This document shows positions 41,101-52,473 of a stretch of DNA of 64,000 nt, piece by piece. Numbering within the stretch: the stretch's first letter is position 1; every line of letters begins with the position of its first letter. Source of the stretch: Yuukianura sp. NJ FZ-2021 (lineage: Eukaryota); assembly GCA_046563655.1 (NCBI GenBank), contig CM102287.1, forward strand, positions 7,688,001-7,752,000, in the 5' to 3' direction. The position numbers were made by a program, and so were the translations under genes. Below the pieces are notes generated by a model. The model saw nothing but the letters and a program-made list of their open reading frames with translations, had not been told where the DNA came from and did not search any database.

Positions 41101-44100
41101 GTCAGCTGTCCGAATTGTACCACGTACCCAAGTCAACAGTACATAACATCATACAAAGGTACCTCAAGACCGGCCATGTCGAAAACAAAGTCGGAAGGGG
41201 CCGTAAACCAATTCTTACTGAGAGGGAAGTTCGCCTGATCACCAAGAAAGTGAAGCTGGACAATCGAGTAAGCGCCGTAGAACTGTCCAAAACACTCAAA
41301 AGTGACCTTGACACGAAGTGAGCCGAATTTATCCATAATTCCGTTAATAAATTCCAAGGTTTAGCAAAGTACTCTTTGAACAGTACGGGGGCTGACTTCG
41401 GTGTCAAGGTCACTTTTGAGTGTTTTGGACAGTTCTACGGCGCTTACTCGATTGTCCAGCTTCACTTTCTTGGTGATCAGGCGAACTTCCCTCTCAGTAA
41501 GAATTGGTTTACGGCCCCTTCCGACTTTGTTTTCGACATGGCCGGTCTTGAGGTACCTTTGTATGATGTTATGTACTGTTGACTTGGGTACGTGGTACAA
41601 TTCGGACAGCTGACGAACTGATTTTGTACCATTTTCGTCACCAACCCAACCTTGAATGATTAGGTCGCGTATCGGTCCTGGAACTTCCTTGATATTGCCA
41701 ACCATCTCTGAAAAACTAATCAACAATTAACTACAAGTGTTAGTAAGTACTAAAAATTAAGTTAGGTGACTTACCGATGGAAAACTAATGCCAATAACTG
41801 TTGATTTCGCTCCAAAACCCCAGCTGTCCCAATAATTTTGTCCGCGAGAATTTTGACGTTTTGAGTTTAAAAAATTCCATAAAATAAACCGCTTGACTTC
41901 AAGTTCTAAAAACTTGGGAGATTGGAAAGAACTATTTTCTGAATAAAATGACGTATCGAGTTATTAATTATGACACTTCGTTAAAAAGTTATCGTTGTTT
42001 AAAAATTTTTACACTGGGTGTCCCAATAATTTTGGCCGCCACTGTAGGTGCTCCATTCAGAGCAAAGAATCTAACTTTGCCATGAAAAGTGCGAAGAAAA
42101 TTGGAAATTGAATACCAAAATTTTTTTTGTCCATTTTAGGATTATACTTTTGTAATTTCAGTTCCAATTTCCATCGAGTTCAAAATCATAAGAGGCATTT
42201 TTAACAAAATTCGTGTCATCTTTGCCAGTTATGCTGGATTACGCACCAAAGGGTGCGCAATTTTTGGCGCGAAAATAACAGCCCTGCTATGATTAGGGGC
42301 TTTACGGTACTTCTCTTCGGTAGACCTTGGTCTAATCATATCTCTGGCCGAAGTGTTAGATTTATGAGGGTCGGCAAGAAGACTTTCCTTGTCCTTTCAC
42401 CGAGATGAGACTAATTGACACCGGGATTTAAAACTTTCTCCACGGCAGTCCGCCGTGGCCCACCGTACTAAGTCTAGCCACTGCCTCTTTGGAGCTGTGG
42501 GAATTTTAAAAGTGAGAATTGACAGGAGCGCTGAAAGTGGAGCTCCTAAACATAATGAGGACGTGGCAGTGGCAGTAGCAGTGGGGAAAGGAGTCTCAGG
42601 AGACACACAAATTCCCACAAAACGTCCCCTGTCACTTTCTTTTTCCGCTCCACTTGGACGCTTTCCCCACAGACCCACCACAAGGTGGCTCACTTGGATG
42701 TTCCACCGAGCGGTGGCTCTCTTTAAAACATCTACTAGCAGGAAAAGGCTAGTGCTGCTTCAAACTTCAAAATTCTCAACTTTCCCCACTTTCTCCTCGA
42801 AAACGGTCAAATTTAATGGTCTGAAATAATCAGATTCTATTTTCTACTCCACTTGAACTTGCACTTTTCCTGTCTTTTCTGGCGACAACCAAAGTCGAAG
42901 TTCCTCGAAATGAACCAAAGTGAAAGTCTTTCGAAATTTCGAAAACTTCAAAATGCTCCGGGACTTTCACTTCAATTGCTTTAAGGTTACACTGAAATTG
43001 TAATTTCTTGGTCTTCGTTCCATTGTTTTGCCTCAAAGATAATTTTGGTGAAAGTGACATTGAGTTGTTTAGCATAGTGGAAAGTGTTTAGACTTGACAA
43101 TTCTCAGGTCCTAATTTCAGACTCACCCGTCGTGATTTCTTTGTGAAAATAGTGTCATTTGTATTCATTTAAGCCCTTCTTTCCCTCAGTTCCATTTCAT
43201 TTACGCTTCGTTCCCGTCTTCCTAATTAAATTCTCTTCCGAATCACATTTACTTTCTCCATTTCCATTCCAATTCTCACTGCCACTTTAAGGCTATGCAG
43301 GCCTAAGGTAAGCTCGTTCCAGGAACTAGCTAGACAAATGAAACAAATACAAAACAGAAAGGTTTCTCATAAACATACCTTTTGTAAGCAAGATCTAACG
43401 CTACCGCTACCTCTAGCACTAGAAGCACCGCGCTAGTGCTAAATCTAGCAGCAGTTGCTTTCTCAGCAGCCTAGCCAAGAACCATAATCCTCCAATTTCC
43501 CATTGTCTTTTGAAAGAAAAACCTTGTTTATTATTTCATTCCTTTTAACGACCATGCAGGTTCTAAGAGAAAGGCTTCTAGAATCTATTATTATCCGCAC
43601 ATTCAAATACATCTATTCCATAATTCTCTAGAAAATCTCCAGCATTAACTTCCAAGTTGTTAAAGGTTAGTTGCAAAACCTAGCCTTATCCGGACATTCG
43701 AGTCTTCGGTTGAAGTAAACTTTCAGACACAAATGTACCCATGAATTGGAAACTCATTACTCACGCTACACTATTTACTTTAACAACGTGCAGCTTACAA
43801 TGGCAGATACAATATGGCAATTTGTTAGACTAGGGTAGATAACCTAACCTTGGATGGGATGTGTATCCAGTTGTATTGCTGGGTAGGAAGAAGCTGAAGT
43901 TTACTTCAGCTTTATTCCTGATTCCTGGTCCAATCAGGAATCTCCAAATTCCTGATTTGATCTCACTTGGTTTAGTGTCTAATTTATTGGCGGGTGAAAT
44001 CGAGCGTAGCGGTGGGAAAATCCTGACAAGTTGCGTTGCGTTTTAGGTTTTTAGAGTGAAAGTAGCATGCGGAGCCAGAGAAAATATTTGTTAGGCGAAT

Positions 44101-47100
44101 GAGTAGAAATGTCAAGACCAAACGTCAAAAAAGTTGGCACTAAAAGCACGTAGATCAAGCAAATAAAAAACAGTGATTGAGGAGATTCGGAGAAAATCAA
44201 ATCAACTTTCTTTTCTTCTACAATCCTGCTAATCGAGTTTGTTAATTAATTTTAACAAGAAAAAAATATGAACAAACTCTAACTAAGTTAATTACTTAGA
44301 ATTTTTTTTTCTAAGAAATTACCGCCGCTTTGAATTTAATTTTTAGCATAATCTAGAGTAACTTTCTGCTAAAAAAAATTCACTTTTCAATTCATTATTC
44401 ATTCATTTAAAAAAAATCAGAATTCAAAACAAGAAAGAAAAAGTTTTTTTTTGTGAAATTTAAACTCAACAAATAGTCCCACGGTGCGGTAATACATTTC
44501 GCCTTTACGGTTTGTACGCAACTGGGAAATTAAATCTTAACATTTTTAAATTTAAAAAAGGCATTTGAAATGGCACAAAACATATTCGTCAGTCACAACA
44601 TATAATTTTTTGCATTTCATAAACGAGAAGTAAGCAGCATTTACTCGCCAAGGTCAAGGTCAAGGTTAGTCAATAATACCAAAACACGTATTCCATTTAT
44701 AGTTTGATTTTTGAAGTTAGAATATCATTAAAATTCAAAAAGTTTCGAAAGAATTTAAAACTTTAGAATTTAACTACGATTTCCAAAAATTTCTTCCAAG
44801 AATCAAATAATTTTAGTTATCTTGAACAGCATTTTTTGGCTTTCTCTACCGTTAAATACTGCTCGCTTTTAAAGTGAATTGCTTTAAATTGTTTCACCTT
44901 CATCCTTGTTCCAAGCGGTAGTTTATAAGAATCAAAGAATGAAAATATTTCGAAAATACTTGAGTTTACGAGAAAGGTTGTTGAATGAATGAATAAGTTG
45001 GGCACTTTCTCCTAGAAGGTTTGGTTCCTTGCAAGGTAGAACATGCACTTGAAAAGATCCAACCTGTAACTTGTCTTGTCTCCAGACGCAAACAAACAAA
45101 AGACCACAAACACTTCAGAAGATGCTGGTACTGCCGCTGATGCTTAACAAATGTTGTTGGAGTGTTGACTGATCACCGAATGACAACCACTCTTGTCCTG
45201 GCTCTAGTGAAAGTCAAACAGTACTTTGGTGAACCTTGGACTTGGACAACACTTGACTTTGTTGGCTCCCTGCCACTTTCCCTTCTAAATGAAAATAATC
45301 CTCCTCAGATCCTGTTCTTTTTTTCCAAGTGTTTTCAAATGAAGGGAATTAAGATGATGACGACGGTTGGGAGCGCTCAGCGTTTCAGCGTTCAGCCTAA
45401 CAACGTTAAGCGTCGACGGAGAAGTAAAGATGCCTCGCGGTGAAGACACTTATTCAGACGACGCTGCTTGAATCAGAATCCGAGGAACTAGGATCCGGAA
45501 CTGGTGAGATCCGAATCGGAGCAAACTCTTACACTACTACTCGCCTATTCTCCTTCACTGTGTTCCGCTCACCAAAAAATCTCAGCGAAATCCTCCTACA
45601 CGCTGACGCTTTCAGCCGATTCTTACAAGTTTTTTGTGTAAGTACTTCACATTGGACCATAATGTTCCTAAAAACCTAACCTAAAGCTATTCACTTTACG
45701 GAAAACAAATCTCCTCCTTTCTCCCATTCACCTGTCACTAGTTTTTTCAAAAAATGAAAAATACTTTTTTCTACAAGGCATTTGCTGCCAGTTTAGTTCA
45801 AGTTCAGAACAGAGGGGTCAGAGTCAGAAAAACAGACAAGTTTTTTAAAACAAGATTTTTTGTTTAAAAGAAGCACAACTGCAGGAGTCTGAGCTCTCCA
45901 AATGTCAGTCACGACTGATTTTAAATGAAACTGAAGTGACAGGCGGAAGGACACGACGAGATAAACATTGAGGCGTTTTCAGCGCTCTTCCTGCCAGCGA
46001 TTTTCTCTCTACTAATTGAATTTTGAAGGCTGACGTGCTAGTAATGATAGTTTAATTAAAACTGTTGACGTCTCTGACTCTATTTCAAGCAGAACTTTCA
46101 AGAGTCCGGTATTTTGAAACAGAATTTTGAAAACTTCAATTTACTTTAAAATCATAAAAGTTTGAACAGTTCGATTCGTTCAGAATAGAATTTTAAAAAG
46201 TTCAATTTCATTGTTGAAAACAAAAGAGTTTGTGGCATTTCACCTAAAGTCATTTTGAAATTCTAAAATATGGAAATATTGGAACCATTTTACAAAAAGT
46301 AAAAACGTTAAAACAAAAACTTCTAGAAGAGAAACTACAGAGATTAGAATCAGTTATTTTTTGAAAAACGAAATCATTTTGACAGCCTACAGATTGGTAT
46401 GGTTAAGGATTGTCTATGTCTAGGAAAATTTATACAAAATGTAATGGAATTGATGTTGGTAGAATGCAAAATGAAGGTTAAAATGGAACAACCGAGCTCC
46501 ATTTTGACCAAAAACTATCCTACAGCTAAATAAAAACACGGTTTTTCCATTTTTCAAAACAAATTGTGTCATATTTCTAAAAAAAAGAAAAAAGTTCGTA
46601 AAAATGTGCTTTTGAGTTTTCGTTTTTGTAATAACAATGAAGCTTCCAGTTAACATAAAAAATCATTGCCTTCAAAATTCTCAAAACTCTACTTACAATA
46701 GTTCCAAAAATATCTTCTTCTTCTTTATTGAATTCGTTATTGAATTCTGAATTTTGACAAGTTGTCACAATTTTGATTCAACTTTCGCATTAGAATAGAA
46801 TGGAATTTAATTTAGTCAATTACATTTAGTACGGTTTTCCAAATTTTCAAATTTTGTCGATTTTTGAAACATGTTGTTTTTTTTTACTATGTCGCTGGCT
46901 TGTTCTTCAACTCTGTTATTTTAAAACGGGTTTTTGTTCCATGTGTCGCCACATTGTGTTCAACTGTATTACTTTTTAAAACAGGTTTTGCTCAATATGT
47001 CGCCGAAGTGACATGATTGTCTCCAGCGTTAGTGATTTGAATGGCCCTTAGCAGGAGACGTCTTTATGACCACAGAAAATAGTGAAAGTGTTGAGAGGCT

Positions 47101-50074
47101 AAAGGATTCGGTTGGCTCATAAACCCGTGACTGAGATATGATAAACACAAGTCCAGGAAATGAGGATTTGCCTTCCTTATCCCCCGAGGTCACCATATGC
47201 TTTTTACCCGGGTTTCTACTTTTTCCCCCTAGAAGCACCTAGGTTACCATACTTTACACTTTCCAAAATGCCCGCATTTTCTCCTAAAATAGTAGTCATG
47301 AGATGTTCCTTAATTGGCTACCATCAACACCAAACCAACCCAAAAGACTAAAGAATCCGGGCATCTCTGGAACAAATCCTTCGTCCAGGAACATTACTCA
47401 TCCTTCATCAAGGGAAAAATTTAATGGACTTTTGTGCCATAAATTTGAGGGCATAAATTTGGAGCTGGAAATCAATAACGACGGATCCTTATTACTGTCT
47501 ATTAGGAACCAGAGGCAATGTAGAATGGAACTTTGAGATTACATTTGTGAAAAAATTGGAAGTTTTTGGCAGAAGCTAAAACAAAGATGAGTTATGTAGG
47601 AGGGGCCTCAGATGTCATTGATGTAAGAGAGAACAAATAAATAGAAATAGGGAAATGGTGGGTTCATTTTAGCAACTGACTGAGAGGGAGGCGGTTGAAC
47701 GAAATGTCGGTTTTTTCGGAGAAGTTTTTCGGTTTTTTACAGTAAGAAATCTTGTTGTCGGAGCTTACATAGATTACACATTATCGTATTTCTTGAAACA
47801 GATTTCGGAAAAACTCTACTACTTCACTTCTTCTTACACCCAATGCTAAATTTATTTTCAAAATTTTAATGGTGAGCGTGAGAGGCAGGAAATGGCATGA
47901 AAAAGCTCCGCCGACGCCATTACACTGTAACTTTAGTATACATTACAGATACACATACGCAACGCAACAAAATTACGAGAAACCATTTCCGTAAACTTTT
48001 TTTTTGAAACGAGGTAAAAAAAAAAATTAACTAGGTGAATTTTTTTTTCAAAGTAAATTACATTTTTTAGTCAAAAACAAAAAGTTGGACGGAAAATATT
48101 ACATTTAAAAAAAATGGCCTTCGGTTTTACGTTTTAAAGTGTTCCAAAAACAAGACTGCTGAAAAAAACGAAGTGTACGAAAAAGGAGTTAGTAGATCTC
48201 AACAAATTTAAGTATTTTCAATACTTATAATAATTTGCATTTTTTTTTTCAAAAATTTGAAATTTGAAAAAAGCGTGAAAGGACTACACAGAAGATTTCG
48301 TGGAATTTGAACCCGTACTGTGGTACGTTGACTCACACTTTAGTACTAGGAAAACCATTCCATTGTTAACCACAAAAAATAGGATTTTCGGGAGATAGTA
48401 AACTACAGAAAGATTCGGGTAGTGCTGCCCACGGTGTATGTCGTGACCGTGAGTAAGTGAGACACCGTGGTCGTAGTTTTCACGAAGTTGAATGACGCTC
48501 CGATTGTCAATCGGAAAGTTAGGTTAGGTTGGATCCTATTCCAGGGTAACACAATTCCGTCCTAATGGATTGGAAATCAGAGATAGTAAAGAAAAACCGT
48601 TGATTTCCTGGAAATGATCTCCTCTGGACTTTTCCATTTTCCAAAATGCTTTCTCCAGTTCAAAAGTTCAAACAAGGATGAGACCATAGCATAAGTCTTG
48701 ATTACAATTCCGGAAGATCGAAAACACACGAAAGTGAGTCTGATTGACATAGGATGTCAATTTCAATTTTGGTCAGAACAAACACCTCCGCCCTTCGTCC
48801 AAAAAAACTTCATCAAGGAATTTCAAGGAACCTGGCCATTTATGGTCTTCCTCTCAGAAAAATCATCAACTTCAAATCCTCCAATAGCCAAATAGCCTTC
48901 ATCTCAAATCCCAATTCGAAACACACCACAAACTACAAAAAAGTACTTTACGCCATGCTGTTACGCCATAACTTCTTCAAGTGTAAAGTGAAATTCGTTA
49001 AGCCAAACAAGCACGAATTGAATTAGTCCAACTTTAATTGGCAAAGTTTGCAAAAATTCTGTTTTTGCTGTACGCTCTTTCCTCTTGGAACCAAAACCAA
49101 GTTTACGATGATAAGATTTTTGCACACATGCGAAAATTAGTCTAAAACGCATGAAGCATGAAGTGATTAGCGTAATTCCGGACATATGGGACATCGGACG
49201 AAAGCCAAAACGAAGTCACGACAAGTTTTTGAAAGAGTATGTTCGGAGAACATTGAAAAATGAATGAAAAAAATTTATGGCACAAGATTTTCTATGGCTT
49301 TCAGTGAATTTAGAAAACATAAAAATGAGAACCCCCAAAAAAGTTGGCAAACTCTCAAAATAAAAAGGCAGAAAACTGAAAAATGTGGTTCCATAACAGT
49401 TATAAAGCGGGACAGGAAGGATGTTGAATTATTTCAAAATTTTGGAGGATATAATCTAAAACAGGGAGGAAAAGAATTTATGAGTAGGTGACATACCGCC
49501 ATGGATGTGGTATAAATCCGGATGGGCATTCACAGTCTCGGCACGGACTTCCAATGTCATCAATCTGCTCAAAAAACAACAAGAGAAAGTAAATGACGAC
49601 ATTTTTTGGGAGTCGTAGGCTGCGCTGCAATAAATTCAGTGGGAATGCGGATCTGTTTCAAAGTCAAAACAATTCATACACTTCTCACGAGGTCATTGAC
49701 CTCACATCAAGGTTAATCACCCTAACAAACAGTTGGTACTAGAATCTAGACGCATTTTTCAATGTTGTAGAGCACATTCCGAGGGATAACAGAGATCATC
49801 AAAAGATTCTCAAGCGAAGCAAGGACTATGAGGGGGAAATGTCAGATATGTACCGAAAAGCTGACTCAATTTTTAAATTCAAATTTTGGCGGCAACGCGG
49901 CTGCAAATTTAATATTTAATGTTGCGACATTACTCGAGAGGATGGCGACGACGGATGACCGTTTGTCTTTGTCGTCTGCAAATCCTTGTCGTGTTGTTGG
50001 ACTTGGACCGAAGATGACGTCACGGTGGTCTTGGAGTTGGATACACCGTAAGCGTTTGCTAGGGACGCCGACAT
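20105..50074 (-). CDS. Lmpt: Limpet / FHL-prickle-testin family protein, long isoform (Cys-rich region, PET, 6 LIM domains)
   Basis: Exons 50074-49934, 49564-49497, 36369-36159, 36030-35926, 35854-35726, 35180-34965, 26768-26568, 25940-25848, 25751-25670, 21816-21699, 21599-21398, 21129-21093, 20262-20105 join with consistent phases. CRDCECPSGFIPHPWRKTCNSCKC; PET (QIPKQDLALAYCKH...FVNARNEVALD); GEYTKAMNKDWH; ends CPDCAKQKLM. Confidence 0.9.
28875..29062 (-). CDS. Lmpt: Alternative first coding exon of Limpet (short, four-and-a-half-LIM isoform)
   Basis: ATG at 29062 (MGDVDVQMQVSTEKKVKKTRKTK...), GC-rich coding-like composition. Phase-2 donor GTACAG at 28874 fits an internal acceptor TTTTAG at 26758, giving ...PAT-GEYTKAMNKDWH. 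Confidence 0.7.
41010..41321 (+). pseudogene. Truncated Tc1-type transposase, DNA-binding (HTH-GRPR-HTH) part only, 103 aa
   Basis: KSVRQLSELYHVPKSTVHNIIQRY (HTH), GRGRKPILTEREVRLI (GRPR-like linker), VSAVEL. Preceded by a 5'-UTR intron 40941-41007 (GTAAGT, TACTAAC branch point, TTTTCAG). Confidence 0.85.
41361..41705 (-). pseudogene. Truncated Tc1-type transposase, DNA-binding part only, 114 aa (mirror copy)
   Basis: Same translation as the + copy up to SDLDT, then EVSPRTVQRVLC-stop, completing the second HTH recognition helix. Confidence 0.85.
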
Positions 50075-51471
50075 AGTGTTGAAACAATAGTGGACACGAA
50101 TGTGACGAATAGCTTGCTGACACTCTTGTTCTTCGAGGTGTGAAAACACTTAACAGGTGAGAAACAAAACTCTTAAAAAGTGGTGACCACACACAGGCAC
50201 TCTGTTTTCACGGTTTTTTCGTTTTGTTTACGAACAGGCTATACTTGACACTGACAGTGGGATGGCCAGCGCACCACCGTGGCCGTGACCGGCTTCAACT
50301 GATGGAGAACAGCTGACTTTCAATTGTCTACATCCAGTGTATCTAAATCAGGGTGAATTAATCTTAACGCGGAAGAAGGAAAGAAGAAGTGGGATGTCTG
50401 TCACTTGCTGTTCTTCACCCCGTAAGATACAAAAATAAGCTATAAATAGGGAAGACGTAATCTTGTGGTCTGTCCATGTCCATCCCTAGGCCCACCAACC
50501 AGCTCTTGGTCCGTCAGCGATGCAATCCAGAAGGAGTCATCATCCCAATCATCATTAATCCACTACACACACACTCACTGGCATTTGCCATTATGCACAG
50601 ACTCTCCTGCTGTCTCTGGGCGTGAGTCTGTTTACAATTATTTTTCAGCTGAAAATGAATCCTCACGGTCACCTCTTTTTCTTTTGTCTAGGGATGATGA
50701 TGATCAGCGCCCCTCTGATGTCAGGTCCGACTAACTTTTGTTACATCGTACAACATCCAAAAGAGCATCATCAACCCTCAATTCTTTACACGCTAGAGAC
50801 AGGAATTCACGCAATCATCATCATCACCACCTTCACCATAAGAGTATCTTCGTCCTAAAGTGAGGCAAAGCCAAGATGAACAGAAACTCGGCAGTGTAGA
50901 CAGAGTGAAAAGTGGAGGGCTACGAACAATAATTGGCAGAACCTTTTTAGGAGGTTGAAGTTGATGATGGCACAAGATGTACTCTGGTCTCCGAATGAAA
51001 TCTACCCCTAAAAACCACGACCACTTTCAAACTGAGTCATTTCAACCAACAACGGAGATGAACCTGAGAGTGCTAAGCTACAGAATGGAATTAATGTACG
51101 TTCATTACTCACTACGACCTGGAAATGCTAGGAATTACAGTATACATTACGGTTTACGGCTGAGCATAAAACTCTTATAGTCGTTTGCTAATAATATTTA
51201 CACTTCTCGCAGTAACACACTTTCGGTTTTACGAATTAATGCATTTGTTTCATCAGGTTTCACAGAATTGGACTCGGGTTTGGTGGTGCTTTGAAATATT
51301 GGATCCTGTCCTACCTTAATACATTTTGACCAACGCTGCGTGAGCTGGAAATGACCAACGAAGTTATTTCTGATGAGTCCTTGTAATTACTTTCATAATT
51401 AGGTGAGTTTAAGTTTGATTTGAAGGAGTGCTAATGTCGTTTTTATGACAGTTCAGCGGATGCGAGAGCAG

Positions 51472-51477
51472 TATAAA
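51472..51477 (+). promoter_or_regulatory. Probable TATA box of the Gly/His-rich gene
   Basis: GTATAAATGG, about 50 bp upstream of the ATG at 51524. Confidence 0.55.
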
Positions 51478-51523
51478 TGGAACTGGAGCTGATACAAAGC
51501 CATGTTACAACAAAAGCTTCGAA

Positions 51524-52150
51524 ATGAAGGCGACATTTATAGCCGTTTTGGGGTTGTGGATATTGGCTATTGTCACTTGTGAAGACTCAACGGCGCCTGC
51601 TGACCAAGGGAATTCAGGTGACGCTTCTGCAGTAGCCACAGTGGAAGCATCAGCGAATGCAGGAAGTGCTGGTGATGCAAACGCTGCAGCAAATGTAGAC
51701 GCGTCAGCCACATCGAGTGCAAATGGAGACGCTTCAGCTGGGGCAACAGGTCAAGCCAACGCTGGAACTGGAGCCAACATAGCACCAAGTAACTTGAAAT
51801 CTGGGAATGATCAACAAACCGTGGGGGATAACGATGTGAAGTATGGTGGTGGTGGAAAATATCCGAATCAAGGAGGAAAAAGGCCTGAACATGGAGGTGG
51901 AGGACCAGGGCAAGGTCATGGAGGTCACGGTGGTGGTGGACATCGACCAGAAGATCAACCCCATGGTGGTGATCATCACGGCGGAGGTGGAGGGGGTGGA
52001 AATCACCACCCCGGGGGTGGGTGGGGACCTGGAGGTGGGGGACCAGGAGGTCACAAGCCTCAGCGACCAGGAGGGGGCGGGGGTTGGGGACCTGGAGGCG
52101 GGCATGGACATGGAACAGGTCAAGGTCATGACCCCCACCCTGAACATTAA
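51524..52150 (+). CDS. Secreted Ala-rich then Gly/His/Pro-rich protein, 208 aa, single coding exon
   Basis: Signal peptide MKATFIAVLGLWILAIVTC; Ala/Asn/Asp-rich segment; C-terminal half with GGHGGGGH, GGDHHGGG and GGGWGPGGG x2; upstream TATA. Confidence 0.85.
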   Translation: MKATFIAVLGLWILAIVTCEDSTAPADQGNSGDASAVATVEASANAGSAGDANAAANVDASATSSANGDASAGATGQANAGTGANIAPSNLKSGNDQQTVGDNDVKYGGGGKYPNQGGKRPEHGGGGPGQGHGGHGGGGHRPEDQPHGGDHHGGGGGGGNHHPGGGWGPGGGGPGGHKPQRPGGGGGWGPGGGHGHGTGQGHDPHPEH

Positions 52151-52473
52151 ATTCCACCCCCTCTTGTGGGTAGTCAAAGATTTAATGTCCATGAGGCAAA
52201 TGAGAATGTACTTTTTGCATTTGACCTTGATTTTGACCTGTTTTGTATTAAATGTCATCAAAGGTCAGTTTAATTAGGTTTCCGCAGTGGAAAAGTTACC
52301 ACCGAGAGGTCAAATTCTCAAATTCAAAAGCACATGCAATTCTCACAAAGCCCAATGAATATTAAATCTTAGGCTTAACTCCTTTTTGAATTGGAAACGA
52401 AACAAACTTTTTATTTTTTGGCAACATTTCATATCAAATTCAAATTGCATTCAATTTGTCACTTTTTTTGAAA

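Larger units (their letters stand above)
40671..42044. mobile_element. Tc1/mariner (IR/DR-type) fold-back derivative: two inverted 644-bp left ends, TA target duplication
   Basis: TA-CAGTGGCGGCCAAAATTATTGGGACA...TGTCCCAATAATTTTGGCCGCCACTG-TA. 40671-41314 is the reverse complement of 41401-42044 (end coordinates give no net indel; no mismatch seen by eye). Direct repeat CAAAATTATTGGGACA at 40681 and 40875 in the left arm, mirrored in the right arm. Confidence 0.95.

Noticed and set aside
22400..49400. Many 60-150 aa ORFs within Limpet introns
   Set aside because: AT-rich Phe/Lys/Leu-biased translations without domains or coherent splice partners; treated as non-coding.
41361..49497. In-frame Limpet-transposase fusion via the sense-strand TE acceptor at ~41709
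   Set aside because: The upstream Limpet exon ends in phase 2; splicing to the TE acceptor (or the next AG) is out of frame with the transposase. At most a poison exon.
51524..52150. Springtail-type Gly-rich antifreeze protein
   Set aside because: Lacks the regular Gly-X-X tripeptide periodicity; Gly occurs in runs with His and Pro.
51573..52277. Long overlapping ORFs (51573-52157 -, 51734-52261 -, 51843-52277 +); likewise 53178-53645 +
   Set aside because: Shadow frames of low-complexity or repetitive coding sequence.
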